Shown: positions 42,121-53,359, counted from the stretch's first letter. The stretch: 64,000 bases of DNA from Candidatus Izemoplasmatales bacterium (GCA_050177605.1 JBFXGX010000004.1:1-64000), one strand, 5' to 3'. The notes: generated by a model not told the origin, from the letters alone. Translations and numbers: made by a program.

Positions 42121-43245
42121 ATGAAAATAAACATTTACCCAATTGTATCCTCATTACATGAAGATACTCTTATCAATCAAGAAACAACGACATTATTAAA
42201 TGAATTACAATCATTAGGTAACTTTGAGATTAATATTACTGACTTAGATAATCTGTATAATGCAGATTTATCCTTAATCCTTGTACAAAGCGGTGGATCA
42301 GAAAATCAATTTCGAAAGATCTTTCCTCATATTAAAGAACCTGTATATTTGCTAACATATGGAGGAAATAACTCCCTTGCAGCGAGTATGGAAATATTGA
42401 CATTCCTTCAAAATGATGATTTTGAAGGAGAAATATTACATGGTTCTAATGAATCCTTAGTAAAAAGGATGAACGAACTCGTTCATCCAAAGAAAAAAGA
42501 TATCATTAATATGGGTGTGATTGGAAAGCCTAGTGATTGGTTAATCGGTAGTTACGTCAATTATGATGATGTTGAAAATGAATTAGGAATAAGACTTGTT
42601 GATATTGAAATAGAAGAACTCATTGATTTTTTTCATAAAGAAGAAACACCGATTGTTCCTAATCAGTTTGACTTCAACAAGAATGAATTAAGAGAAAGCA
42701 TGAAGGTATATCATGCTTTAGAAAAAATCTTATCAAAATATGATTTAAAAGGATTTACCATTAGGTGCTTTGATTTATTAGTCAGTATACATACAACAGG
42801 ATGTATGGCGCTTTCTTTGTTCAATCAAAGAGGGATTGTCGCCACTTGTGAAGGCGACATTCCTGCGATGATTAGTATGTATCAAATGTATAAGAAAACA
42901 GGTCAAATCGGATTTCAAGCAAATCCATCAAAGATTGATGTAGAAAAGAATGAAATTACCTTTGCACATTGTACTGTTCCTTTTAATATGGTAAAGAACT
43001 ATAAGTTACTGACTCACTTTGAATCAGGTATTGGTGTGGCTATTCAAGGAGAACTTGAAAAGAAAGAAGTTTTAATCTATAAGTTAAGCAATAACCTAAA
43101 AGATTATTACTTAGCTGAAGGAAAGATTGTTGAAACACCAAAGAAAAACAATTTGTGTAGAACACAAATCGTTGTTAAAGTAAACGATACAGATTACTTC
43201 TTAAAGCATCCATATGGAAATCACCACGTAATCGTATACAAATAG
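42121..43245 (+). CDS. L-fucose isomerase-like protein
   Basis: SGGSE, NSLAASME, TIRCF, CEGDI, AHCT, THFES, CRTQ, GNHH. Confidence 0.75.
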   Translation: MKINIYPIVSSLHEDTLINQETTTLLNELQSLGNFEINITDLDNLYNADLSLILVQSGGSENQFRKIFPHIKEPVYLLTYGGNNSLAASMEILTFLQNDDFEGEILHGSNESLVKRMNELVHPKKKDIINMGVIGKPSDWLIGSYVNYDDVENELGIRLVDIEIEELIDFFHKEETPIVPNQFDFNKNELRESMKVYHALEKILSKYDLKGFTIRCFDLLVSIHTTGCMALSLFNQRGIVATCEGDIPAMISMYQMYKKTGQIGFQANPSKIDVEKNEITFAHCTVPFNMVKNYKLLTHFESGIGVAIQGELEKKEVLIYKLSNNLKDYYLAEGKIVETPKKNNLCRTQIVVKVNDTDYFLKHPYGNHHVIVYK

Positions 43246-43463
43246 AATACAACAAGATAGAGTTCAATACGATGAGTTGTATCATAAACCAAACAAAAGA
43301 AAACGAAGTCATATATTCTGAAAAGCACCTTCAAACTGAAGTTGTTTTTTTAATAAATACATTAAAATCAACTTTCATTTTAATCATCTCTATATTATAA
43401 TGAATATATATAGGGGATATTTTTGATTTTAATTGAATATCTAAAAATAAAAGGAGATTTCAA

Positions 43464-44375
43464 ATGAATAAAAAACTTTTTCTTTTTGCTTTCATGGTAT
43501 TATTGTCTTTTACGTTAATTGGTTGCGATTTATTTAATAGTGAAGATACAACAACTGCGACTACATCTACCACTGTTTCAGAAGTTGATATCCATGACTT
43601 GGATGCATGGCTTAATTCTGATTTAGCAATTGATTTAAATGGAGACAGAAGAATTAATGAACTAGATTTTGAACTATACAAACTCCAAAATATATATGAT
43701 TATTGGAAACAATCAGATTATGCATTTGATAATAATCTTGATCGTTTAATTAATGAAGACGATTTTGAAATCTATCGACTTCAAAATAATTATGAATACT
43801 GGAAAACATCCACTGAAGCATTTGATTTAAATGAAGATAATCTGATTAATCAAACCGATTATGATATTTACCTTAATTACGATTTTTGGAGATATTCTTT
43901 ATTAGCAGAAGATTTAAACTTAGATTATGTTATCAATCTTGATGATTATGAACTCTATTTAGAATTTGCGGAATTTGTAGGAACCTATACATTTACAAAT
44001 TATGTATATGTTGGAGAGGAAACCTATGCTTTTATTTTAGATGATGGATACTTATTCTTAAAAGATTTTGGGCAGTATCTTTCAAGGATTATTCTGTCAG
44101 TGAGTGGTGATGGATCGATATCCGTTACCATCCCTTCAGATGTTCAAGCAGTTTTTGGCTCAATGTATGGAAAGATGGTAGAAGGAACTGAAAACTTAAC
44201 AATCACTCGAATTTCACCATATATTGTAGGAATTGATACTTTTGTTGTGATTGAAGAGGTAGAAGTTCAAGTTACCATTTACTTAACAGAAACAGAAAAT
44301 GGATATCATGCGACTTATGTGATGGGTATGTTTGAAGGAAATCCAACCATTTCGTTTGACATTATCATAAATTAA
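43464..44375 (+). CDS. Lipoprotein with four dockerin/EF-hand-like Ca-binding repeats
   Basis: Lipobox LIGC; four ~30-aa repeats W..S..A.DxNxDxxINxxD(F/Y)xxY. Confidence 0.75.
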   Translation: MNKKLFLFAFMVLLSFTLIGCDLFNSEDTTTATTSTTVSEVDIHDLDAWLNSDLAIDLNGDRRINELDFELYKLQNIYDYWKQSDYAFDNNLDRLINEDDFEIYRLQNNYEYWKTSTEAFDLNEDNLINQTDYDIYLNYDFWRYSLLAEDLNLDYVINLDDYELYLEFAEFVGTYTFTNYVYVGEETYAFILDDGYLFLKDFGQYLSRIILSVSGDGSISVTIPSDVQAVFGSMYGKMVEGTENLTITRISPYIVGIDTFVVIEEVEVQVTIYLTETENGYHATYVMGMFEGNPTISFDIIIN

Positions 44376-44463
44376 TATCGATAGTGACATAGGTGGCCTG
44401 TTTTTCTAGATATTTTACTTATAATCGAAGATATTGAAAGAGCAGATTAAGGAGAATACTCAG

Positions 44464-45153
44464 ATGAAAAAACTTATTTCAATTACACTTATCGTTATCG
44501 TTTTGATGTTTTTGGTAGCGTGTGAAGAAGAAACCACTACTCTTGTTTCTGATTATGATGTTTGGAAATTATCCGATATAGCATATGATTATAACGGGGA
44601 TCGAAAGATTGATGCAATAGATTACGAAGAATATTTGCTTCAAAATAGTTATAGTTATTGGCGTGAGTCCTTAGTAGCTTATGATTACAACGGAGATCAT
44701 CAAATTAATGAATCAGATTATGATTTATATCTTAATTTATTAGAGTTTGTCGGTTCTTACCGGATAACGAATTATACTTATGATGGTCTTCCAAGAAACT
44801 CTTTGTTAACAGGGACTTCTCGAATTTACTTAAAGGATTTAGGGCTATATTTTGCTCAAATGACAATTAAAGTCGAATTGAATGGAGAAATCAATCTCGT
44901 TATACCTAGTGATTTAGCTACTTCTTTAGGAGACTTGTATTCATATATGATGGAAGCTTCAGAAAACATGACTATTACTAGAATTTCTCCGGTACTCGCT
45001 AGTATAGACACTTCTATCATATTAGATGATATTGAAGTTCAGTTTTCAATTTATTTTCAACAATATGAAGGAGGATATTCTACCTCATTTGTGATTGGCT
45101 TTTTTCCAGAACAACCAACCATTACATTTGATTTAGATAAAATAATTGAATGA
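44464..45153 (+). CDS. Paralogous lipoprotein with two dockerin-like repeats
   Basis: Lipobox LVAC; DYNGDRKIDAIDY, DYNGDHQINESDY; C-terminal domain aligns with the preceding gene (EFVG.Y..TNY.Y, TITRISP, PTI.FD). Confidence 0.75.
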   Translation: MKKLISITLIVIVLMFLVACEEETTTLVSDYDVWKLSDIAYDYNGDRKIDAIDYEEYLLQNSYSYWRESLVAYDYNGDHQINESDYDLYLNLLEFVGSYRITNYTYDGLPRNSLLTGTSRIYLKDLGLYFAQMTIKVELNGEINLVIPSDLATSLGDLYSYMMEASENMTITRISPVLASIDTSIILDDIEVQFSIYFQQYEGGYSTSFVIGFFPEQPTITFDLDKIIE

Positions 45154-45755
45154 AGAAATCTAAAACTGAAGAAACAGTTATAGAAGTACTATGGGTTAAA
45201 TTAGTAAGCTATTCGATTTTTACACTTGTATTAGTATTCTTATTAATCTTTGTCCCAAAACAAGTATTCGAGGATAACATGGCTTATACGATGGCTTCGT
45301 CTATGGCGATACCAGACTCATCGAATCTGTTGTTATATGATTATGATGTCTATGCAACAGAAGCGAGATTTACTGAAGGACTCATTGTGGATGTTAATAC
45401 TGTGAAAGCAGAATTTATGGAACGAAGTGAAATTCTTGCGGTGATGATTTGTGGCGATGAATACAAGGTTGAATATAAAGAAGATTATCTTTTTATTGTT
45501 AATCCAGACACACCTGAATTAAATATCGAGTATTACCTAGCAAAAGACCTATCCGTCAATAATATGAATGTGTCCTGTCGTACTTTTATCATGTTATTTG
45601 AAGACATTTCAACTTTAGTCAATACGGTTTATATCGGCGTACTTACACTTTTCTTTGGATTAACATTTATACCTTTTGTAGTAAAACTAACAAGATTGAT
45701 TATTGGATTGAAAATGAAAAACAAGTCGCAAATTGAAGAAATTATCAAAGATTAA
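45150..45755 (+). CDS. Hypothetical 2-TM membrane protein
   Basis: N- and C-terminal TM segments; ATGA overlap with the upstream lipoprotein. Confidence 0.6.
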   Translation: MKKSKTEETVIEVLWVKLVSYSIFTLVLVFLLIFVPKQVFEDNMAYTMASSMAIPDSSNLLLYDYDVYATEARFTEGLIVDVNTVKAEFMERSEILAVMICGDEYKVEYKEDYLFIVNPDTPELNIEYYLAKDLSVNNMNVSCRTFIMLFEDISTLVNTVYIGVLTLFFGLTFIPFVVKLTRLIIGLKMKNKSQIEEIIKD

Positions 45756-45763
45756 TAAAGTAT

Positions 45764-45790
45764 AAAAACCTACATTTTTGTAGGTTTTTT
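45764..45790 (+). terminator. Intrinsic terminator
   Basis: AAAAACCTACA/TGTAGGTTTTT. Confidence 0.8.
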
Positions 45791-45925
45791 GATTGGTTTT
45801 TCTTTGTATTATATTATGGAATTTATTCTATAGATAATCTCTTCTTTTCTATATCCTCTTAATTCATATATTTTCGCAGATTTGTCTGTGATATAATAGG
45901 CTTAAGAAATAGAGGGTGGAAAAAC

Positions 45926-46600
45926 ATGAATCAACTACAGAATATTGATTTTTCTGATGTCAATGAAAGATTAAAACATGTTTACTTTATTAATGGTACA
46001 GCCTATGCAGGAAAATCAACCATATGTAAAATGCTCGCGAAAAACTTTCATATGTTTCTTTGTGAAGAAAACTACCATATGAATGATTTTCTAGAACAAA
46101 CTAATCCTTCAACGCATCCTAACTTGCATTACTTTACAACAATGAGTGGATGGGAAGAATTTGTGACAAGGGATAAATATACCTATGTGAAATGGCTAGA
46201 AGGTACTGCGATTGAAACAACACCATTAGAGATAGAATATTTACTATCCTTACCTAATGATAAATTAGTCATTGTCGATACAAATATCCCTCATGATGTC
46301 TTAATCAAGATAAGCGATCCGAAAAGGATTGCTTATATGGTCACAACTCCAGAAATATCAAGAGATGAATTTTTTAATCGATTGGACAGAGAAAAACAAT
46401 TCTTATTAAGTGTCATAGAAAAAACAGATCATCCAGAGGAGAATCTTCAAAACTATAAAGATATACTCTTATATGCAAATCGACAAGAAGTTATCGATAG
46501 ATTTACAAAATCTGGTATTTTTTATACAATGAGAAAAACAATCGAAGATGATATTTATCAAAAGTATGATCAAATTTGTAAACATTTTGAGTTTATATAA
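45926..46600 (+). CDS. P-loop small-molecule kinase-like protein
   Basis: FINGTAYAGKST Walker A, VIVDT; TGnTATAAT promoter upstream. Confidence 0.65.
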   Translation: MNQLQNIDFSDVNERLKHVYFINGTAYAGKSTICKMLAKNFHMFLCEENYHMNDFLEQTNPSTHPNLHYFTTMSGWEEFVTRDKYTYVKWLEGTAIETTPLEIEYLLSLPNDKLVIVDTNIPHDVLIKISDPKRIAYMVTTPEISRDEFFNRLDREKQFLLSVIEKTDHPEENLQNYKDILLYANRQEVIDRFTKSGIFYTMRKTIEDDIYQKYDQICKHFEFI

Positions 46601-46630
46601 TTAATTGAATAATATGAAATAAAATAGTAG

Positions 46631-46660
46631 AAAATCCTATGCGCTAACATAGGATTTTTT
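46631..46660. terminator. Bidirectional terminator
   Basis: AAAATCCTATG/CATAGGATTTT between convergent genes. Confidence 0.8.
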
Positions 46661-46681
46661 AATTATGGATGACCATTTGAA

Positions 46682-48055
46682 TTAAGTCGTTACTGGATTC
46701 TTAGTAGATTGGATTGAAGCTCTAATCTGACGTATTAGAATGTCAATTCCTGCGATGCTAAATAGTAGTATCCCTTCTGCCCGATAGGGAGGTATATTAG
46801 TCACATATATGCTCAGAAGAATAGAAATAACAATAAGAAATATCCAAGCAAACAGAAAACGATATTTATATAAAAAAGAATTTTTAAATTCTGACTGAAC
46901 TATTTTTCTATTTTCTTTTCTGAGGATTTTTAGATAAAGAGTTTCTAAATGAATGATTATAAAATAGAATAGATATAAAAACAAAAATTGATAACCCTCG
47001 ATGGATATTATATAGGCCCCTGTAAATGGATTTATTGGTAAAAACAAATGTTGAATACTACCTATTGATATACTATAAATTCCTGCAATTGCGTCTGAAG
47101 GAGAACTAAATACATTCAAGCCATAATCTTGGAGAAATAAAGCGATTAGTACAGTGATTGATAATATGATAAGAACATCAAAAGGGAGGATTAAAAACCG
47201 TTTATTATGTACATGAATCGCTATCTTATGATAGGCATTTGATATTAAAGATATAGACCAGAGCAAATATGCTATTTCACACACGAAAGCAATAACAATC
47301 GAAATGACATATAAATGATAAAATCTTGTTAAAATGATTGCACTGATGATAATCGTTGGTAGAACAAACATCTTATTGATTTCATTTGGATAAGCTTTAA
47401 ATATAAAGAAAGCAGATGGACTAAGATAAAACAATATAGCAGCATCTCGTTCAAATGGAAAAAGATAAGATTCTAAGTTATAAAGTGGAAAGAATACATC
47501 ATCATAGAGTGTTAGGAAGAATAAATAGAGTCCAATCATAACACTGGTAGGTAGATAGGATACCCATTTCGTTCTATGATACGCTGAAGATAGCGGTTGA
47601 TTGTCTTGCCAAGATTTTGGCAGAACAAGAGCCAAGGATACTCTTGACAAAACTGTGATCAATACACCATATAGCAAGAAGCTTCCATAAATGAGTACAG
47701 ATTTACCTTTGCTAATAGCGAGCACATCACCATATTTGAATCCAACGAATAAAAATAATACGAACGCAAATAGGGTAAACAAATATATAAGCAGTTCAAG
47801 GATGCGTAGTTTACGTATTTCAATGTTGTTTGTAGATGTTGGCTCTGGAATCGTTGGCTCATCCTCGCCCAGAAGCCAAGGTATACTTACATCTAATTCT
47901 TTCGCAATTTGCGGAAGAATATGGATGTCAGGATTTCCTGCGCCTGTTTCCCATTTACTGACGGCTTGTACTGTAACAAATAATTGATCCGCTAGTTGTT
48001 GCTGGGTCAGTTTGAGTGTCTTTCTTTGTAAGGCTATTTTTTCTCCAATGTTCAT
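46682..48055 (-). CDS. XRE-family HTH regulator fused to a polytopic membrane domain
   Basis: LTQQQLADQLFVTVQAVSKWETG..PD then ~10 TM helices. Confidence 0.85.
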   Translation of the reverse strand: MNIGEKIALQRKTLKLTQQQLADQLFVTVQAVSKWETGAGNPDIHILPQIAKELDVSIPWLLGEDEPTIPEPTSTNNIEIRKLRILELLIYLFTLFAFVLFLFVGFKYGDVLAISKGKSVLIYGSFLLYGVLITVLSRVSLALVLPKSWQDNQPLSSAYHRTKWVSYLPTSVMIGLYLFFLTLYDDVFFPLYNLESYLFPFERDAAILFYLSPSAFFIFKAYPNEINKMFVLPTIIISAIILTRFYHLYVISIVIAFVCEIAYLLWSISLISNAYHKIAIHVHNKRFLILPFDVLIILSITVLIALFLQDYGLNVFSSPSDAIAGIYSISIGSIQHLFLPINPFTGAYIISIEGYQFLFLYLFYFIIIHLETLYLKILRKENRKIVQSEFKNSFLYKYRFLFAWIFLIVISILLSIYVTNIPPYRAEGILLFSIAGIDILIRQIRASIQSTKNPVTT

Positions 48056-48257
48056 ACGATCACCTCTATGATCTAATCATAATGCTTTGTGAGAAGAATG
48101 ACTATCAACTTCATATCAACGAATCGTTGAATAGGAGATTAATGACTATCAAACTCAAGATTATCATATCACATAATACTGATTTTGAATTGATGTTCTA
48201 TGAATATATATATTATTTATAATCAATTTTTGATATTATTCTTTTATTTTACGCCAG

Positions 48258-48419
48258 AATGTATTATGATAGAAAAGAAGCCTTTGTATAAGCGTTTTAT
48301 TTTTCAACTATGGGGATAATCTTATTCATACCAAATGTATAGTATTCATTAAGTCTTTAAGGGAAAGATTGATGAACAATATACAGCTTTTTGTGTTATG
48401 AAGAAGATTATTTTTTTAT
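48258..48419 (+). repeat. Copy 1 of a duplicated promoter + ~110-nt long-hairpin leader
   Basis: AATGTATTATGATAGA then 48309-48419, near-identical to 53587-53699; hairpin ATAATCTT...AAGATTAT followed by T-run. Confidence 0.85.
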
Positions 48420-48499
48420 TTGAAATGATTGTTTAGAACAATAACCTTGTATATATAGAAGCAAAAACGAGTACTACCAAGAATTGATAGGAGAAGAAC

Positions 48500-50893
48500 A
48501 TGCTAAGAATAGAAAAAGTAAATAAAACATATAACCAAGGTAAAAGTCGCAAAGAAGCATTATCTAATATTTCCCTAGAACTTAATCATACAGGGATGGT
48601 TTTTATCCTCGGAAAAAGCGGTAGTGGGAAGTCGACATTACTGAATATTATTGGTGGATTGGATTCATTTGATAATGGCGAAATTACTTACTTTGATAGA
48701 AGTCTAGCCAAGATGACAGATCGTGAATTAGATCAATACAGAAATTATGAGATTGGGATGGTATTTCAAGAATTTAATCTTCTTGAGCGCTTTAATGTTT
48801 ATGATAATTTATCATTTTGTCTTGAACTACAACATACCCACCTAAATCAAGATCAATTCATCAATGACGCTCTAGCGAGAGTTAATCTTGACGGTTTTAG
48901 TTCTCGAGATGTTAGGGAGTTGAGCGGGGGAGAAAAACAAAGAGTAGCGATAGCTAGAGCAATTTTGAAAAATCCAAAAATTATTTTAGCCGATGAGCCA
49001 ACCGGGAATCTGGATTCGGAAAATGGTCAAATGATTCTTTCAATCTTAAAGGAGATTTCAAAAACAAAATTAGTTATAGTTGTTACACATGATCTTGAGA
49101 ATGCATTGGCATTTGCGGATAGGATTATTTCAATTAGCGATGGAGTGATTACCAAAGATGAGAAACGTTCTAGTAATGACACTTCAGATTATCTAAAAAT
49201 CGGTAACATTCATGAAATGATTCAAAAACGAGAACATATATCTTTTAAGTACATACTCAATCTAGCTCTTACTAATTTAAAATCAAAAAAAGGAAGAATA
49301 ATCATTACGATATTTTCCTTTGTTCTCTCGTTGTTTCTAATCAATATGGGACTAACCTATATTTTCTTTAACTATGAAAAATCATCTATCAATACGTTTG
49401 AAACCGCTGAATTAAGAGAATATCCTTTATTTAAAACTGATTCAAGTTTAGAAGATGTATACTATCGTTCGTATCAAGATAATGAAATATCTAGTTTGAT
49501 TAATGAGTATCCAGACATCTCCTTCTATAAAAACTATTATAGACCAGTCTATGGCTTTTTTACTTTGGACTATGTATATTCATTCTCTCCATACCAAACC
49601 GATTGTGATGCAGATTTGTTAACGTCTTCAAACGTAATTATCTTGAATTCAAATGCTGCACCAGCTACTTTAATTGATGGACAATACCCGATTGAAACGG
49701 GTGATATAGCGATTACTGATTATACTGCAGAAATGCTAGTAAAATATCATGTGTTTCAAGGTGTTGAGGATATTCATGATTTACTAGGAAAAACGATTAC
49801 TAAAAATAATGAGCTAATGCAAATTACTGGAATATTAGGAACCAATTATCTTGATGAATATTCATCATCGAAAGATTTACAGGAATTGATAGATTCAGGA
49901 TATATGGTATTGCTTAATTCTATATATACTTCTATTTATATGACACAAGACACCTTTGATAGTATTTTTAATACTACAGGCTATATGATTAACACAGTGA
50001 ATGATCATCAGTATAATATTGGTATTGGATCTCCTGAATATAGTATAGATGAGTATACTCTTGTTGGGGATATGCCTATAAAGGAAAACGAAGTCGTAGT
50101 TTCATTGTCAATGCTTAGTAATTACATAGGAAATGAAGTCGTTCCAGGTGACATTACAGGAGATGCAGTTCGTATATCCAATTATATTGGTGAGACAATA
50201 TCAATCAATGAATCTTATTATGGCCTTGGTGAAGAAGAGTACATCATCACAGGAATTATTGATGATTTTAATATGTCGAACAGGGTTCAGCTTGTTTTTA
50301 ACAAAAGTATGTATGAATTCTTAGTCTATCAAAATATGACCAGCGGTATTCAAGTTGCTCTATTTGCCCAAATGAATCAAGATAATGTGAGTTATGATGA
50401 AATAGTCAGATTAACCGAGGATAGGAATGCGGAGCATTATACTGTATATAGTATTCAACTTTATGGATTAAAGGATGTAATGACGAAAACTGGTGGACTA
50501 GTAAGTGGAATTGGTGCCGTTTTAATCATTATTTCAGGCTTTTTGATTTATTCATATATTTCACAATCTATTTATACTAAGCAAAAAGAAATAGGAATTA
50601 TGCGTGCACTTGGTGCAACAAAGAATGAAGTATCAAAAATCTATTTGCTTGAGTCGTTCATAGTCGTCTTAATTTCATATTTGTTATCTATAATTTTAGT
50701 GTATATAGCAGTTCAACTGCAAAATAATTCAATTACTCACTCATGGAATTTATCAATTAGGTTACTATATATTGATTATAAAACAATACTCACAGGATGT
50801 GGTATTGCAATATTAGCATCCCTATTATCTGCATATATTCCAATTAGAAAAATGATCTTATTGACACCGATAACAGCAATCAGAAAAATTTAG
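48500..50893 (+). CDS. Fused ABC transporter ATPase/FtsX-type permease (MacB-like)
   Basis: GKSGSGKST, LSGGEKQR, LADEPTGNLD, KEIGIMRALGA. Confidence 0.9.
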   Translation: MLRIEKVNKTYNQGKSRKEALSNISLELNHTGMVFILGKSGSGKSTLLNIIGGLDSFDNGEITYFDRSLAKMTDRELDQYRNYEIGMVFQEFNLLERFNVYDNLSFCLELQHTHLNQDQFINDALARVNLDGFSSRDVRELSGGEKQRVAIARAILKNPKIILADEPTGNLDSENGQMILSILKEISKTKLVIVVTHDLENALAFADRIISISDGVITKDEKRSSNDTSDYLKIGNIHEMIQKREHISFKYILNLALTNLKSKKGRIIITIFSFVLSLFLINMGLTYIFFNYEKSSINTFETAELREYPLFKTDSSLEDVYYRSYQDNEISSLINEYPDISFYKNYYRPVYGFFTLDYVYSFSPYQTDCDADLLTSSNVIILNSNAAPATLIDGQYPIETGDIAITDYTAEMLVKYHVFQGVEDIHDLLGKTITKNNELMQITGILGTNYLDEYSSSKDLQELIDSGYMVLLNSIYTSIYMTQDTFDSIFNTTGYMINTVNDHQYNIGIGSPEYSIDEYTLVGDMPIKENEVVVSLSMLSNYIGNEVVPGDITGDAVRISNYIGETISINESYYGLGEEEYIITGIIDDFNMSNRVQLVFNKSMYEFLVYQNMTSGIQVALFAQMNQDNVSYDEIVRLTEDRNAEHYTVYSIQLYGLKDVMTKTGGLVSGIGAVLIIISGFLIYSYISQSIYTKQKEIGIMRALGATKNEVSKIYLLESFIVVLISYLLSIILVYIAVQLQNNSITHSWNLSIRLLYIDYKTILTGCGIAILASLLSAYIPIRKMILLTPITAIRKI

Positions 50894-51061
50894 CCTATTT
50901 AATAATATTCCCTATAACATTTTAGGTGACTAAACCACCTCCTATGGTAATATTCCATGGATGAAGACTTGATGGGCTGAATTGTCAAAGTATTCATGAA
51001 AATCACATCATTAATTTTAATCCAGACCAGTAAAAGGTAAAAGTAGGAACAAAGGAGAATT

Positions 51062-53359
51062 ATGATTAAACTAGTGAATGTAACTAAACAATTTAAAACT
51101 AATAAGAAGATTACGACTTTATTTAAAGACGTTACCTATTCATTTCCAGACAAAGGAATTGTCATTCTTCATGGAAAGAGTGGCGTTGGAAAAACAACAC
51201 TACTTAATTTAATCAGCAAATATGACGAATTCTATGAAGGATCAATATTGTTTAAAAATAAGGATATCAGAACTATCAACTCAGATGACTATCGTCTGAA
51301 TCATATTGGATTTATATTTCAAGAATTCTATTTGCTTGATGATTTATCAGTCATAGATAATATTGCCTTATCAGCAGAAATCAAAGGTGTAACAAAAGAA
51401 GCAGCCATTTTAAAAAGTGAGTTGTTACTGAATGAAATGGGTATGCAGGATATTCAACATCAAAAAGTAAATACATTGAGCGGAGGAGAGAAACAAAGAG
51501 TTTCGTTTCTTCGTGCTATGATAAAAGAACCAGATCTCATTATCGCAGATGAACCAACAGGAAATCTTGATGATGATAATACAAAAATGATACTAGAATT
51601 ACTAAAGCGGTATGCTAAAGAACATCTTGTCATCATAGTAACTCATGAATTATCTATTATTGAGCAACTGAATTGTGAAAACATTGAAATAGATGGCATG
51701 AATTTGATAACTACAGAGAAGCATGAATCTTCTCTTGAAAATGATAATATAAAAATAATGAAACCAAAAACGCCAATATCGTTTTTGTTTCATCTAGCTT
51801 TAAACAGTTTTAGAACTATGAAATTCAAATTTGTTATTTCAACCCTTATCCTCTGGTTAAGTTTTGTCCTCTTTGGTTTAGTATTTTATTTAGCGACATA
51901 TCCACAAAATCAGATTGCGGCTAATGCTTATATTGACTCTAACAACCCTTCATTTCGATTGAATCTAGAAACAGACAATTGCGGAATTTCCGAGATTTGG
52001 GGTGGATGCTATGAAGAAAGTTTACCTATTCGAGATAGTGAAATAGAGATGCTTTCTCAAATCAATAAGGATATTTCTATTAATAAGGTAATCCCTAAAC
52101 AAAATATCCAAGTGGCAGTGCAAGATAAATCCGAATTAGATGATTTATATGAATCTATTGTTGTCATAGATCGTAGCGAAAATTCGCTACCGATCTATGT
52201 AGGAAAGTACCCCTCTAGCGAAAATGAGATTCTTTTGACAGATTATCTCTATGACCAATTGTTTCCTGAACGAAATAATACATTCATTCAAAACCTTTCT
52301 GTTGAACTAAATGGTGTAAACTTCATAATCAGTGGGGTAGTGAAAACAAATTATGATCAATATAATTTGCTTTGTTTTAGTGAACCCTATACAGAAGAAC
52401 GGTTCTACACTGATTTCATGTTTAATTTAGGAACTGTTTACATTACTTTGGATGGATTAAGTTATCTTTCAAGAAATACTGTTCAATTTACTGTTCGAAA
52501 TTCAATAGCCCAATTCACACCTAGATTTAATACATTTATCAATGCTTCAACTTTTAATCCAACTATCCTCTACGGAAAAGCACCTGAAAATAGAAATGAA
52601 ATTATATTGCCTACTACAGTAGGAGTTTATAGTGAAGCAGAATATATAAATATGCTTAATACACAAATCACAGTTGAGTTTTCTTTACCAAGCACTTACA
52701 GTTATCCCTATACTGAGGACAAAACCTACACTGTAGTTGGTTTTTATGAACCGGAAGATATTACTGGAATTGTACTACATACTGATGAGTTTTCATCATA
52801 CTTCATCAACTCAGTTGATCCAATTCAAGTTGATGTTATTTTTGATAAGGATGCAAGTTCCCTCACTGATTTTTTAAATGTTGTAAGTGAAAGCAATTAT
52901 AAACATGCAAGCGCAATTTCTCCTTCCCTACATTTTGTAACAGAAGTATTTTCAAGTTTACGCAGTGTACTGCTTGGAATTACGCTGTCATTTTCTTTTC
53001 TTAGTAGTTTTATTTTAATTAGTTATTTCAATAATAGCTTGAAACTAAGAAGAAAAGAAATAGGTGTCCTAAAATCTCTAGGTGTTAGTAGAAATAAAGT
53101 TTCAGTTATCTTCGTTATTGAAGGAATAATCATTTCGATTTCTGCATATTTCCTATCAGTTATCTCTATTGCTTTTATATTTGAACAGGTTAATAATCTT
53201 TTTAATTCTGAATTTGAAACATCCATTAATCTGTTTTCGATAAATGCTTATTTGATTATCTCTATATTTGTTTATGCAGCAATAATTATTTTCATTTCTT
53301 CAATAGCTCCTGTTAGAAAATTACTCAAGTTAAATAGTATTGATATTATCAGGATATGA
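51062..53359 (+). CDS. Fused ABC transporter ATPase/FtsX-type permease (MacB-like)
   Basis: GKSGVGKTT, LSGGEKQR, IADEPTGNLD, KEIGVLKSLG. Confidence 0.9.
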   Translation: MIKLVNVTKQFKTNKKITTLFKDVTYSFPDKGIVILHGKSGVGKTTLLNLISKYDEFYEGSILFKNKDIRTINSDDYRLNHIGFIFQEFYLLDDLSVIDNIALSAEIKGVTKEAAILKSELLLNEMGMQDIQHQKVNTLSGGEKQRVSFLRAMIKEPDLIIADEPTGNLDDDNTKMILELLKRYAKEHLVIIVTHELSIIEQLNCENIEIDGMNLITTEKHESSLENDNIKIMKPKTPISFLFHLALNSFRTMKFKFVISTLILWLSFVLFGLVFYLATYPQNQIAANAYIDSNNPSFRLNLETDNCGISEIWGGCYEESLPIRDSEIEMLSQINKDISINKVIPKQNIQVAVQDKSELDDLYESIVVIDRSENSLPIYVGKYPSSENEILLTDYLYDQLFPERNNTFIQNLSVELNGVNFIISGVVKTNYDQYNLLCFSEPYTEERFYTDFMFNLGTVYITLDGLSYLSRNTVQFTVRNSIAQFTPRFNTFINASTFNPTILYGKAPENRNEIILPTTVGVYSEAEYINMLNTQITVEFSLPSTYSYPYTEDKTYTVVGFYEPEDITGIVLHTDEFSSYFINSVDPIQVDVIFDKDASSLTDFLNVVSESNYKHASAISPSLHFVTEVFSSLRSVLLGITLSFSFLSSFILISYFNNSLKLRRKEIGVLKSLGVSRNKVSVIFVIEGIIISISAYFLSVISIAFIFEQVNNLFNSEFETSINLFSINAYLIISIFVYAAIIIFISSIAPVRKLLKLNSIDIIRI

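Noticed and set aside
43590..43960. ~90-96-nt periodic repeats considered as a CRISPR array
   Set aside because: Degenerate, in frame and encode the dockerin-like protein repeats; no constant repeat/unique spacer pattern and no cas genes
48309..48419. Long hairpin considered as an integron attC site
   Set aside because: No RYYYAAC/GTTRRRY ends, only two copies, located upstream of genes behind a promoter, and no integrase in the window
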